DNA of 64,000 nt from a virus (lineage: Duplodnaviria > Caudoviricetes): positions 1 through 64,000 of the IMG/VR virus record IMGVR_UViG_3300021256_000056; one strand, given 5' to 3'. A program made the translations under genes and the position numbers. Shown here piece by piece: positions 11,044 through 21,002 of this stretch (the first letter of the stretch is position 1; every line of letters begins with the position of its first letter). The notes under the pieces were generated by a model that was given only the letters and a program-made list of their open reading frames with translations, searched no databases and was not told the DNA's origin.

Positions 11044-11510
11044 AGCAAGCCTGAATTAGCCCATTCTTCAGAAAAATAAATGTTTTCGGGATATCCTCCG
11101 CTTTCTTTTGCGGCCCTTCTAAACATATCCATTAACTCTCCTCCCGCATAACCACAAAGCGTAACTTCATTCGGCTGATTGCGGTATGCAACTTTAAACT
11201 TTTTGTCTGGATTAGCCTTGGCACATTCAAACATTCGTTTAATATTTTCGATAATTTTTTGAGGGCTCATGGATTGTCTGGTATAATTAGAATCGCTTTT
11301 ATCCCAAAACTCATCCCTGACGTTCCAGCGGAGCTCAGTCGTCGGCAAGGCATACGCGTTACCTTGCAACCCCTCTCCTTGCCCATATATCGCCCCGAAT
11401 TGTAGCCTGGCAACTCTGGCGGAACCAGCGCCATGACGCCCCTCGGGGTTTGAGCCGAAAACGAATATTGTGTCTTCGGAGGGTGTGATATTTCCTTTAT
11501 AAGTATTCAT
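11040..11510 (-). CDS. A1S_2505-like phage protein (macrodomain-like)
   Basis: IFVFGSNPEGRHGAGSARVA...GEGLQGNAYALPT. Confidence 0.7.
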   Translation of the reverse strand: MNTYKGNITPSEDTIFVFGSNPEGRHGAGSARVARLQFGAIYGQGEGLQGNAYALPTTELRWNVRDEFWDKSDSNYTRQSMSPQKIIENIKRMFECAKANPDKKFKVAYRNQPNEVTLCGYAGGELMDMFRRAAKESGGYPENIYFSEEWANSGLL

Positions 11511-11514
11511 TTGT

Positions 11515-12744
11515 TTAGAAATTATAGAATTGTTTCCTTGCCTCAATAAGAAGGCCATTAATCTTTTCAAGGTCGAGTTCCTTGGGAATGGTCGTGGTCT
11601 TGATAGCCTCGTCCATTTCTTCCTTTTCCTTTGTAACGAATTCCATTAGCTCATCATATTCGTATTTGTGGTTGCGAATATCAAGAAGGAATTCGCGGTC
11701 CGCGTCCCTTGCCACATTGAAACCCTTACCCTGTGCAAGTTCCTTTGCCATACGGACAAGGCGCATACAGTGCATCATGTTCTTGGAGTCGTAGTTCGCA
11801 CCAAGATTTGACTCGTAGCGAACAGGATTACGCTTCTGTTTCCACTCAGCCCACTCTTTATAATCCCTGCAGTGGCTTGCATAGCCATCCTTGTTATAAG
11901 TCATGAAGCAGATAGGCCTCTCACCCTTAGGGATTGAAGAGAGGCGTACGTCGTTGGACTTTGTAATTTCGTCAGGCTCTACGATGCCTTTGTATTTGAA
12001 GAAAGCCCTGTCGGAAATTCTATCTTCAACGCCATCGCCAAGAATGTCATACAATATGAACTTGCTTGCGGAGCCAGAATTCGCTTGGAAAGTTTTATAA
12101 ATTTCAGCTCTTTCATCGTTTCCGACATTCTCAAACTTGAAATACGCTGCGAAGTCATAATAAACCCCGTAGGTGTCCTTCATGTTCGGGATATTCACGA
12201 GTCCGCAATACCTCTGGTCAAGATGATGCTCTTTCAAGAAATCTTTAATCGGCTGTGAGCCCTGATTCTTGAAGGTATAGCAGAAGTCAAGAATATCCTT
12301 GCGCTGAAAATCCTCGGGAATGTGACACTTCTTGTTGTATCCACGAGCCTTTCCGATTTGGGCGACGGCATAACCTCCAAGGCTATTGAAGGCATCCTGA
12401 CAAAGGAAGTCATAGCGATGCTTCCTTATGTACTTAATAATAGGATGCGGCTCTCCGATGATACAGTCATCTGGCATAAAGAGCCCTTCGAGGGCTGTAG
12501 GGTTGTTCTTGATAAGGAGTTCAATCCACCTGCCAAACTCATAGAATACGGTATCGTTCTTCTCATCTGCAACCTGTTCAACATAGTTGGAGCGAAGCCC
12601 AAGAAGCATTTCCTGGGGGCAAATAAATACGCCACCAATATCGATATCGCTGGTTTCTACATTCAAATGGTAAGAGTGTGAACCCCTAAGATATTCATAT
12701 ATAATGAGGTTGTTTTCTCTTAAATAATCAATTGTCCACTTCAT
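11515..12744 (-). CDS. Pol-beta superfamily nucleotidyltransferase (YcgL-like)
   Basis: RGSHSYHLNVETSDIDIGG, KNNPT and YDSKNMMHCMRL motifs. Confidence 0.85.
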   Translation of the reverse strand: MKWTIDYLRENNLIIYEYLRGSHSYHLNVETSDIDIGGVFICPQEMLLGLRSNYVEQVADEKNDTVFYEFGRWIELLIKNNPTALEGLFMPDDCIIGEPHPIIKYIRKHRYDFLCQDAFNSLGGYAVAQIGKARGYNKKCHIPEDFQRKDILDFCYTFKNQGSQPIKDFLKEHHLDQRYCGLVNIPNMKDTYGVYYDFAAYFKFENVGNDERAEIYKTFQANSGSASKFILYDILGDGVEDRISDRAFFKYKGIVEPDEITKSNDVRLSSIPKGERPICFMTYNKDGYASHCRDYKEWAEWKQKRNPVRYESNLGANYDSKNMMHCMRLVRMAKELAQGKGFNVARDADREFLLDIRNHKYEYDELMEFVTKEKEEMDEAIKTTTIPKELDLEKINGLLIEARKQFYNF

Positions 12745-12817
12745 AAATTATTTATTTACAGAAAGCTACTACAAAAATCGTGCCTAACTTTGCAAAAATT
12801 AGGCACCAAAATTACAA

Positions 12818-13138
12818 TTACTGAAGTTTTTCAAGAATTTCACTCTCGCCCACGGCTCCTACTGACCTTGCGTATTCAGTGCCATTTTTGTAATAAATAA
12901 GAACTGGAATGCCGCGAATGTTGAGTTCTGCAGTGATATCATCCATCTCTTCTTCGTCAACATTAACCTCGGCAAGCGCAGCGCCTTTTAGCTTCGTTAC
13001 ATCAAGATTTGCTAGGGTAGATTCGAGGACCCTACAGGGGCCACACCATTGGGCTCCAAATTTTACAATTGCTACTTCATTATTTTCAATAAAAGACTTA
13101 TAGTCTTCAGCCTTTGTAATGTTTCTAATTGTTGCCAT
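12818..13138 (-). CDS. trxA: thioredoxin
   Basis: WCGPC active site. Confidence 0.92.
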   Translation of the reverse strand: MATIRNITKAEDYKSFIENNEVAIVKFGAQWCGPCRVLESTLANLDVTKLKGAALAEVNVDEEEMDDITAELNIRGIPVLIYYKNGTEYARSVGAVGESEILEKLQ

Positions 13139-13223
13139 AATATCTAATTTTTTACAAATATACATAAATATCCTGAGAAAACAAACCTATTTAAACACTA
13201 TTTATTCAAAAACTCGATTAATT

Positions 13224-13664
13224 ATGAAAAAGAAAGGCTTTTTTTGGTGGGTGGTTTTCATCCTTTTATGTATATGGCAATTCCCTCAGCTATTAATTGG
13301 CCTTATTATGTGGCCCTTCCTAGGTAAAAAGAAACTCGCAGCCGACAGGCATTTCAACTTCTGCTGGAGAGGTGAAAAAATGAGCGGCGGCATTAGCCTT
13401 GGGCCTATCTCTTATGTTTCAAAGTGGTCAGGATATGCAAGCATTGCACATGAAGTTGACGGGCACACATGGGATAGCAAACTCATGGGGCCTTGTTATT
13501 TGCTCGTTGTAGGATTGCCCTCCATATTGAATGCAATGTTTAATTTTACAAAGTGCTATTATTCGTGGTACCCAGAGGTATGGGCAAATAAGCATGCTAA
13601 ACTCAAAGTAAATGAGCGCTGTTATCTCGATGTGACACCAGATACCATAATTCAAGACCTTTAA
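13224..13664 (+). CDS. membrane protein, possible metallopeptidase motif
   Basis: transmembrane segments, HEVDGH; preceded by ACTATTTAT. Confidence 0.6.
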   Translation: MKKKGFFWWVVFILLCIWQFPQLLIGLIMWPFLGKKKLAADRHFNFCWRGEKMSGGISLGPISYVSKWSGYASIAHEVDGHTWDSKLMGPCYLLVVGLPSILNAMFNFTKCYYSWYPEVWANKHAKLKVNERCYLDVTPDTIIQDL

Positions 13665-13668
13665 GAAA

Positions 13669-13692
13669 AAGCCGCAGGATTTCTTGCGGCTT
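13669..13692 (+). terminator. intrinsic terminator hairpin
   Basis: AAGCCGCAGGA-TT-TCTTGCGGCTT. Confidence 0.65.
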
Positions 13693-13848
13693 ATTCAGTT
13701 ACAAATTCAATATTTTCTTCTGTTGTACTATTAGTTACCCATTCTGGAATAACATTGGTGCTATAGCTCGTCGTCCACATATTGTTTTTTTTTAAAAAAT
13801 TAACTCAAAATATCCCCAAAAGCAAACTATTTATCTAAAAATATTATT

Positions 13849-14535
13849 ATGTGCCGTTGCGATTTTTTTAACAATCTTTTTAATAAGCCAATAAATACTG
13901 GTGAAACAGTTGAGACTGCGGAAACAACGTCCTCAACGGAGGTTGTTATTGCAACTCCTAAGCCTGAAGAGGAAGAAGAACCAATTTTAACAGAAAAAGA
14001 TATGGAGCGTCTCGAAATAGAAAAAGACATCATTGATTACGCACTCAAAATGGGCGAAGGAAAAGTGCGTTTTATTAATCAAATAGCTGTACATTGTACT
14101 GCCACTAAGGAAGGAAAGGAAGTTACAATTGAAGATATTGATGCCTGGCATAAAGCACGGGGGTTCAAGAAACAAAAAATCAGCGGACATTATTGTGGAT
14201 ATCATTATGTTATCGCTTTAGATGGTACTATAATGTGTGGACGAGTCTTAAGTGAAACTGGTGCGCACGTGTCTGGCTATAATTCAAATTCAATCGGTGT
14301 TTGTTATGTGGGCGGCCTTGATGGAAATATGAAACCAAAAGATACGCGCACTCCCGAACAAAAAGAGGCATTAAAATGGTTGATAGCAACACTCAAAAAA
14401 TATCTTGGTATAAAAATAGTGAAAGGCCACAGAGATTATTCCCCCGATACAAATAATAATGGAATAATTGAAGAATTTGAGTGGATTAAGAGTTGCCCTT
14501 GCTTTGATGCCATTCCTGAATATAAGACCATTTAA
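13849..14535 (+). CDS. N-acetylmuramoyl-L-alanine amidase (T7 lysozyme-like endolysin)
   Basis: AVHCTAT, GYHYVI, GAHVSGYN, GHRDYSP, KSCPCFD. Confidence 0.92.
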   Translation: MCRCDFFNNLFNKPINTGETVETAETTSSTEVVIATPKPEEEEEPILTEKDMERLEIEKDIIDYALKMGEGKVRFINQIAVHCTATKEGKEVTIEDIDAWHKARGFKKQKISGHYCGYHYVIALDGTIMCGRVLSETGAHVSGYNSNSIGVCYVGGLDGNMKPKDTRTPEQKEALKWLIATLKKYLGIKIVKGHRDYSPDTNNNGIIEEFEWIKSCPCFDAIPEYKTI

Positions 14536-14562
14536 AAAGCCTCGCATTTTGCGGGGCTTTCT
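14536..14562. terminator. bidirectional terminator between convergent genes
   Basis: AAAGCCTCGCA-TTT-TGCGGGGCTTT. Confidence 0.7.
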
Positions 14563-14815
14563 TTTTAGAATACGTCGGGTCTGAGATAATTCCAGCCACG
14601 TGTGGCTTCCCTCTCAAGGAGTCTTTTGAAGTCTTCCTGGAAATCCTGGTCAAGCAAACCGCCTTCCATATAAAAGACACCGTTGGTGAGGTAGATACTC
14701 GTACCTGCCTTAATCTTCTCGTCACCTCCGAGGGGGATATCCTTTACTAGTGTGTATTTTCCTTCTTTTACCATGGTATTTTTTTTTATAAAAAATAAGA
14801 GTTATTCTTTCTAAA

Positions 14816-15682
14816 TCAAGATAAAACCTGACGGAGTTTTTCTGTTACATTATCTATTGGAACAATCTCATAAGTTTTATCATCTTTAAGCCATATTATG
14901 CGCCTTGCCAATACTTTTAATCCAATATCTTCCAAAGGGATTTGATAAGCGGACAACTGAATTGTATATGCCCCGAGTGGTTCATCATAAAGATTGTCGA
15001 AGGGCGGTAACATCATTTTGTCGTTCATCCTAGAAAACTCCTTATATATGTCACCGTTTGTTTTCCAGTCACAAATGACAACGCCGCTTTTTGCAGGATT
15101 TGTTGGGTGTTTATAATATAGCAGTAAGTCGAACGTTCCAGCATAGTTTTCTCTAAACCGCGGGAGGTTTGGATTAGGGCTGCTATATATCCTCGTTTCT
15201 GGCAAAACAACCCAAGTGTTTTGGGGAAATTCATTCCAAAACTTTAATGCCGCTTCCTCTTTGGGACGTGTGGGTATAAGCCAATTCTTTTCTGGAATAT
15301 ACTTACACAGATTGTCTTCGGTTATGTTTTCTGGGTGTCCAGTATGCATCCAGCCAAGGCTCTCGGCATATGCATGAACTAATGTGCCAGTTGTTGTAGC
15401 TTTCAGATTTTTGAATTTCCATTGGTCCTGCCAATATTCGGGGGTTTCCCCGTGCTTTTCAGCGTAGGCTATGGATTTTTCAACGGCGTCAAACTCATGC
15501 TCATATCTGCTGGCAATGGCAGAAACTGATTGTAATTGTTCACCGTTTAAAAAATATTTATGCCCTTCTTCAATAAATTCCAAACCTTCAAAAGATGATA
15601 GAATTTTCTTTCGAATCTCTGTCACCTCTTTAGGTTCTCCAGGAACTACTATATTATACTTACTTTCGTCTCTACTCGGCAT
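14816..15682 (-). CDS. PD-(D/E)XK exonuclease
   Basis: GTLVHAYAE, AGTFDLL, ICDWKTN, YTIQLSAY. Confidence 0.85.
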   Translation of the reverse strand: MPSRDESKYNIVVPGEPKEVTEIRKKILSSFEGLEFIEEGHKYFLNGEQLQSVSAIASRYEHEFDAVEKSIAYAEKHGETPEYWQDQWKFKNLKATTTGTLVHAYAESLGWMHTGHPENITEDNLCKYIPEKNWLIPTRPKEEAALKFWNEFPQNTWVVLPETRIYSSPNPNLPRFRENYAGTFDLLLYYKHPTNPAKSGVVICDWKTNGDIYKEFSRMNDKMMLPPFDNLYDEPLGAYTIQLSAYQIPLEDIGLKVLARRIIWLKDDKTYEIVPIDNVTEKLRQVLS

Positions 15683-15909
15683 TTTTCTTAAAAATTTTCT
15701 TTGTATCCTCTTTTATTTCTTCCTCCAGGCTCTTATTGTCCTTGTTTCTTTGTAATTCCGCAACAAGAGCGTTTGCGAGCCTTACGGACTGTTTCGCCAC
15801 AATCTCTGGGGATAGTTCTAAAATCTCCCCGATGGTTCCACTCTCTAGTACGCCTTGTAATGCACTTATTGCCGCATTTACTTTAACATCTTCCCAATAA
15901 TTAACCGCT

Positions 15910-16305
15910 TCACCGTATCCCATGTTTAGCCTCCTGTATCTTTTCTTTTAAACGTCGCTGTTGCATTTTTCTCATAATAACTTCACCATGGCATGGAAGC
16001 GGAGCGCAAACACAGCCCAAATATATCTCCTCTCCCTTTACGTATTTATCGTAAATTTCATCAACCACTTTTTTAAACTCTTTATTGCCGCCATACATAA
16101 CATCAAAATAATGGGAATATTTTTCGATTGCTTCTTCTCTAGATTTAACAACAAATCTTGCAAGTGTTTGTCTATCTTTAATATGCGTGTATGGATTCCC
16201 AAGAATGTAAGGGCGATGAATAAAATAATTATTCTCGTCTTTTTCGTGGTTTTCTGTATTTATGTTGTAAACGTGAATCATATTCTGGAAAACAATTAAA
16301 ACCAA
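15910..16305 (-). CDS. DUF4326-like protein
   Basis: RPYILGNPY...LGCVCAPLPCHGEV. Confidence 0.75.
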   Translation of the reverse strand: MVLIVFQNMIHVYNINTENHEKDENNYFIHRPYILGNPYTHIKDRQTLARFVVKSREEAIEKYSHYFDVMYGGNKEFKKVVDEIYDKYVKGEEIYLGCVCAPLPCHGEVIMRKMQQRRLKEKIQEAKHGIR

Positions 16306-17081
16306 TCATTTCCTTCCCATACAGACGGGTCAAAAGAGGGGAGGTTTATTACCCTGCGTTTAAACTCAGATTTTTCATGCATGCGGTTTATCTTTTCGAG
16401 GACGCTTGGCTCGGGTTCTATTCCATCTCGAATATATTTATCCAGAGTCTCATAGGTAAAGCCGAATTTAGCCTCATCTGTCTGGCTATGCGGTAATCCA
16501 TCGTCGGGCGTTTTCCAAACCAGTTCACGTGGAAGCCCTAGTGCGTCTCCCAAATTACGTATCTCAGTAACAGTTAACTTTGCAAGAGGACTAAAATCCC
16601 CTACACTATCTCCCCAAATTGAACTATAGCCAAGAAAGTCTTCTGAGAGGTTACATGTGTTTGCTACTCTACCATTTAAACTTTGGGAAATATAATATAA
16701 GACACACATCCTAACCCTTGGAGGTAGATTCTGTTCGGCCTGTTTACGGTGTTTTATGCCGTCCTCGTTGCATCCTTCCCAATTAACCATTTTAGCATAA
16801 TTATAGAAGAATGAGTCCGTTATATTGTTGATAGGAAATGTGAAGAGTTTTATCCCAAGAACTTCGGCGACTTTTCTAGCTTCTTCGTCGCTTTGGCCCA
16901 CATCTGGTATGGAAACGCCTATTACCCTTTCAGGTCCGAGAGCCTCTACACACAGTTTGGCAACAATGGTAGAATCTTTACCGCCAGAAATACCGATAAT
17001 AGCATTACATTCGGGTCCATTGATTTTAAACCAGTCCCTAATCCACTGTATGCATTTTTCTTTTACTACATTATAATTCAT
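16296..17081 (-). CDS. nadE: NH3-dependent NAD+ synthetase
   Basis: GISGGKDS, RVRM, TCNLSEDFLGY...GD, KTPDDGL, SEFKR; no glutaminase domain. Confidence 0.93.
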   Translation of the reverse strand: MNYNVVKEKCIQWIRDWFKINGPECNAIIGISGGKDSTIVAKLCVEALGPERVIGVSIPDVGQSDEEARKVAEVLGIKLFTFPINNITDSFFYNYAKMVNWEGCNEDGIKHRKQAEQNLPPRVRMCVLYYISQSLNGRVANTCNLSEDFLGYSSIWGDSVGDFSPLAKLTVTEIRNLGDALGLPRELVWKTPDDGLPHSQTDEAKFGFTYETLDKYIRDGIEPEPSVLEKINRMHEKSEFKRRVINLPSFDPSVWEGNDWF

Positions 17082-17339
17082 AGTCCCGCTCTTTTTTTAA
17101 AATCTTCAATAATTTTTTCTATTTCTGATATGTCATCAATTGACCAGCTTTTAGTCTTGATATTTATGAATCTTGCCACCCCGTTGTTTCGGGCTGTAAG
17201 CGTCATTTCTTGTGCTTCTTCTTCCCCGTCCTCTCCCGAAGAATCAGACTTCTGAGCATAAGTGACAGAAACGGTATCTACAATAATTTCCCCATCCTCA
17301 TAACTACCTTCTTCGAAAGGCACTATTTTTGTTTCCATA

Positions 17340-17942
17340 TTAAAGATTTTTGTTTAATTTATTTTTGCTAAACTTATTAACGAAGTCGTGTAGGTTGTGT
17401 GCTCTTGTCAATGTCTGGCAATTAGATGCCTTTAGAATTTCTTTAATGTCCTTGTCTTTGTTATAAGGTGCGTCAATTAATATTCCGTGTTTGACATTTG
17501 AGCCGATGAAATTCCAATCATTATCATCAATGAGGTAGTCTGCATGTAATAACGTTTTATCTTTTAAAAAACAAATGCCATCACATTCAATACCGTTTTT
17601 TTCAAGCCATTGCAGAGTCTGCATTTTATTGTCATATGACTTTTGGTAAGTTAGAATGACCACTTTTCCATAATTCCGCAATGTTTCAATGTCCTCTTTG
17701 ATATAAGGGAATGGTTCTGTATTTAAAAATAGCTCAGTACTATGGTCCTGAAAAAACCACTGGCTGGCAGTAACGCCAGTCTGTGATTCAATTTCAGGAA
17801 ATGACTTTTCCACCTTAAAATCGGTAATGTCTTCGCGTTTTTTACTATTTTCGAAGTTATCATTATATAAAGCAATCATTTTGTCCAATAATTGCCTCAA
17901 TACTTCGTCACAATCAATAGCAAAGACGAGGTCTCGTTTCAT
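17340..17942 (-). CDS. 5'(3')-deoxyribonucleotidase (HAD)
   Basis: AIDCDEVL, YLIDD, APYN. Confidence 0.8.
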   Translation of the reverse strand: MKRDLVFAIDCDEVLRQLLDKMIALYNDNFENSKKREDITDFKVEKSFPEIESQTGVTASQWFFQDHSTELFLNTEPFPYIKEDIETLRNYGKVVILTYQKSYDNKMQTLQWLEKNGIECDGICFLKDKTLLHADYLIDDNDWNFIGSNVKHGILIDAPYNKDKDIKEILKASNCQTLTRAHNLHDFVNKFSKNKLNKNL

Positions 17943-18319
17943 AAATTTAAACTTTTGTTTGTTGTTTGAGAAAACAGTCTATCTGTTCCCCTGACATGCC
18001 CTGTCGCGCCCAGCCGTCTTCTAGTGTTTTCTCTATATACATCCATCGGCCACCGAGTTTGGCTGCAGTGCCTAGTCCACAAAAAAGGTGGTCTCCCATG
18101 TAATAACGCCAGGGTCCATTGGTACTTGATTCTGGTATCGCAACAATAAACGGGGCTTCTTCAAAAGGAACGTCACTCGGTTCACGCTCAGAAAGTGGAA
18201 TCCATTTTGAGTAATGTCCTGGGCGTAGAGCACCTAAATCAACAAGCTTTTCACCATCGTGCTGGTGTGCATAGTCCACATAAAGATGCTCGTAGCCCAC
18301 TTCGAGTTCGGGGTCAAAT

Positions 18320-18814
18320 TCACTTAACTTCTGAATCAATTCCTTTACTTTCATTTTCTTTTGCTTTAAGTTCTGACGGTTTAGCTTCAACAATTTCTAT
18401 GTACGCGCCGCAATAAGGACATGCAACATATGAAACTAGAGAATCATCCGCATCTAGCCCATACTCATCCAAAATTGGATTTCCGTTTTCGTCAAGCATT
18501 TCTGTGTCACCCCATACTTCGGAACGCATGAAATCGCTCTGCCATATGATATGACTACCACATTCGGGGCATTCCCCATCGTAACCATGACTGGAGTCAC
18601 AAAAGCCTTCCTGAAGTTTTTCGTTGAATGCGGGGTAGTTTTCCTTCTCTTCTGGGTCAACGGGTGTTACAGTATAATATGTTAAGCAATGTGGGCATTT
18701 GTATTCTGCCACACTACCAAAATTCTCTTCCTCATCGTAAGGAGGGGTGATACGGTCTTCATCATTAACCTTTATAAGCGGTTCACCACACCGCATGCAA
18801 CGTGGAGTTTCCAT
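18320..18814 (-). CDS. multi Zn-ribbon protein
   Basis: four CxxC motifs. Confidence 0.65.
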   Translation of the reverse strand: METPRCMRCGEPLIKVNDEDRITPPYDEEENFGSVAEYKCPHCLTYYTVTPVDPEEKENYPAFNEKLQEGFCDSSHGYDGECPECGSHIIWQSDFMRSEVWGDTEMLDENGNPILDEYGLDADDSLVSYVACPYCGAYIEIVEAKPSELKAKENESKGIDSEVK

Positions 18815-19296
18815 TATTCAGTCTTCTTTTTTCTTGTTGTGGTTTTCTTTCCGCCAGTCGCGGAGGCTTTCTTTGCCGTAGTATTCTTAGTGGCTTTCTT
18901 TGTAGGGGCCTCTGGCTCAGTAGTTACTACGGTTTCGCTGGGGGTGTCCTCGATGACGGTCCACATGCTTTGGAGCTTTTCAATGTCCCTGGGGGTAAAG
19001 AGAACAGAATCGTTAAGGAAGTCAATAATCTTATACTTATTGCCTTCGATTTCGACAACCCTAAATCCGTCTGGCTGTACCTCCTTTACGCATTGAACCA
19101 ACAGGGGGTCATGATACTTAATATTATCGTTGAGGTTCTTGCCGTGGGCTAAGAGCCAATCCACCATTTCTTTGGTGAGAGCATTTTTTGAAAGCGTTTT
19201 AACAACAACTTCGTGCCTTTTTACAACAGTTTCTTCTGCCATTTTACTTTGTTTTTATTTTATTATGTTTTGTGCAAATATATAAAAAAGTTTTGA

Positions 19297-20445
19297 TTAA
19301 TCAAAGCCTTCATTCTGATGTTCATTCAAGATTACAAATATTGAGATGCCTATATTATAAAGTAAGACTAATATTAAAAGGATAATATATCCAGTTTTAG
19401 TCATATCAACTTTAATATACTTGAAATCTTTAAATTCTTTCCTGTGCCACAAGTGTAAATTATCAATCGCCCAATCCTTAAATGAGAAAAGGTCTAACTT
19501 TTGTTGTTCCAGAAAGAAATTTTTAGTATTAACCGCCATTTCGGGCGCATCTTCCCAAGAAAAGACATAACACCAATCAATTTTTCTGTCAGGTTTTACT
19601 CCAAGGCAAATAACTAACTCATTTTTGTTGCCACCATCCCAATAAGATTGTTGTTTAAATGCTGTTTCAATGCCTTTTCTATAGTCAAAAAGCAATATAA
19701 ACAAACGTATTTGATGTTTGGCACCGTAATATCCGTTAATGTATTTTATTGCATCAATTTCTGAGGATAACGGCAGGACATCGCATTTTGACAAAACGGG
19801 CAATTGGTCTTGAGAAGAAATTTTTGGATAATCAAACAAGCCGTATTCTTTAGCATCTTCTTTACTTATTTCGTCTAATTTAAAAATCGACTTAGAGCAT
19901 CGCACCCTATTTTCGTATTGGTGGTCAATCGTCAGCGTACGAATAGTATTTTCAGTACCTAGCCAAAAGTAATCTTGTGCATCACCATCTTTTGTGTAAT
20001 AGTGCCTGTGCATATCAACAAACACCATGGGACTACCAAAACGCATTCTTATTGCATTAAACTCCCTCTCATATAGTGAGGCTTCATAATTAAAACTGCT
20101 GAAGTATGTCCATCGCTCTGGATGATACTCCCTATATGAGCAGTCATATGTTTCGGTTTCGTAAATTGTATTACCGTCTTTATCTCTTCCAACTGGAACT
20201 TCTCTGGTGCATCTACGTTCTATCCACTCGTCCCAATCGTCGTAGTGTCTCACTTTGGTTACATATCCTCCGAGATACTCGGTGTCCGTCATTCTGACGG
20301 AGACTGAAATTGCCTTTGTTAATACCGCAAATAAGAGGGAGGGTACAATTACAAGGACATACTCCCACCATGTGGCTTGCTTTCTAAACAGAGCAAACAA
20401 AATGATGGAAGTAATAAAAGGAATAGCGTATAAAACGATTTCCAT
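19297..20445 (-). CDS. membrane protein
   Basis: two N-terminal and one C-terminal transmembrane helices. Confidence 0.7.
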   Translation of the reverse strand: MEIVLYAIPFITSIILFALFRKQATWWEYVLVIVPSLLFAVLTKAISVSVRMTDTEYLGGYVTKVRHYDDWDEWIERRCTREVPVGRDKDGNTIYETETYDCSYREYHPERWTYFSSFNYEASLYEREFNAIRMRFGSPMVFVDMHRHYYTKDGDAQDYFWLGTENTIRTLTIDHQYENRVRCSKSIFKLDEISKEDAKEYGLFDYPKISSQDQLPVLSKCDVLPLSSEIDAIKYINGYYGAKHQIRLFILLFDYRKGIETAFKQQSYWDGGNKNELVICLGVKPDRKIDWCYVFSWEDAPEMAVNTKNFFLEQQKLDLFSFKDWAIDNLHLWHRKEFKDFKYIKVDMTKTGYIILLILVLLYNIGISIFVILNEHQNEGFD

Positions 20446-20457
20446 TAACTAGCCCAA

Positions 20458-20991
20458 TTAAAAGAGTGAGACGTCATCATCGAGACCTGTTTCCATGGTT
20501 CGTTTAGCCTTTGTTGATGATATAATCGTATAATCTATAGGGGTTTTATTTGTGACAAACCATTTACTAGGATAAGTAGAAATAAGGACTTCATGCTCCC
20601 TTATCAAATCTATCATCCTTTCCTGGGAATGCTGAAATTCGGTCCTAAGGATTTCAATAGACTGCATCAAGTCTTTGTAAAGTGAAGCATCAAACTGGGG
20701 ATTGGCTTCGTGAATAACTTTGAGCAGAGGGTCGCTTTCGCCAGAATACCTGCCGCCAATAATATCAGCATAAATCTCATGGAACGATTCTTTATATTCG
20801 TTCGATACCTGGGCCTTTTGCTGAACAACCTTCCACATCTTGTCGTAGACGCCTTCAACCTTCCCCTTTTGGGCATCACATTCTTTCCTCAGGGAAATTT
20901 CCCTATTGTTATAAGAAAAATACATTGAGGCTAGAACTATCCCTCCAAGGGCAACCACCACGATTAAAATAAGACTAACAATTCTATTCAT
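20458..20991 (-). CDS. membrane-anchored LemA-like protein
   Basis: N-terminal transmembrane helix, then SYNN...KMWKVVQQKAQV helical domain. Confidence 0.55.
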   Translation of the reverse strand: MNRIVSLILIVVVALGGIVLASMYFSYNNREISLRKECDAQKGKVEGVYDKMWKVVQQKAQVSNEYKESFHEIYADIIGGRYSGESDPLLKVIHEANPQFDASLYKDLMQSIEILRTEFQHSQERMIDLIREHEVLISTYPSKWFVTNKTPIDYTIISSTKAKRTMETGLDDDVSLF

Positions 20992-21002
20992 GATTCTAAT
21001 TT

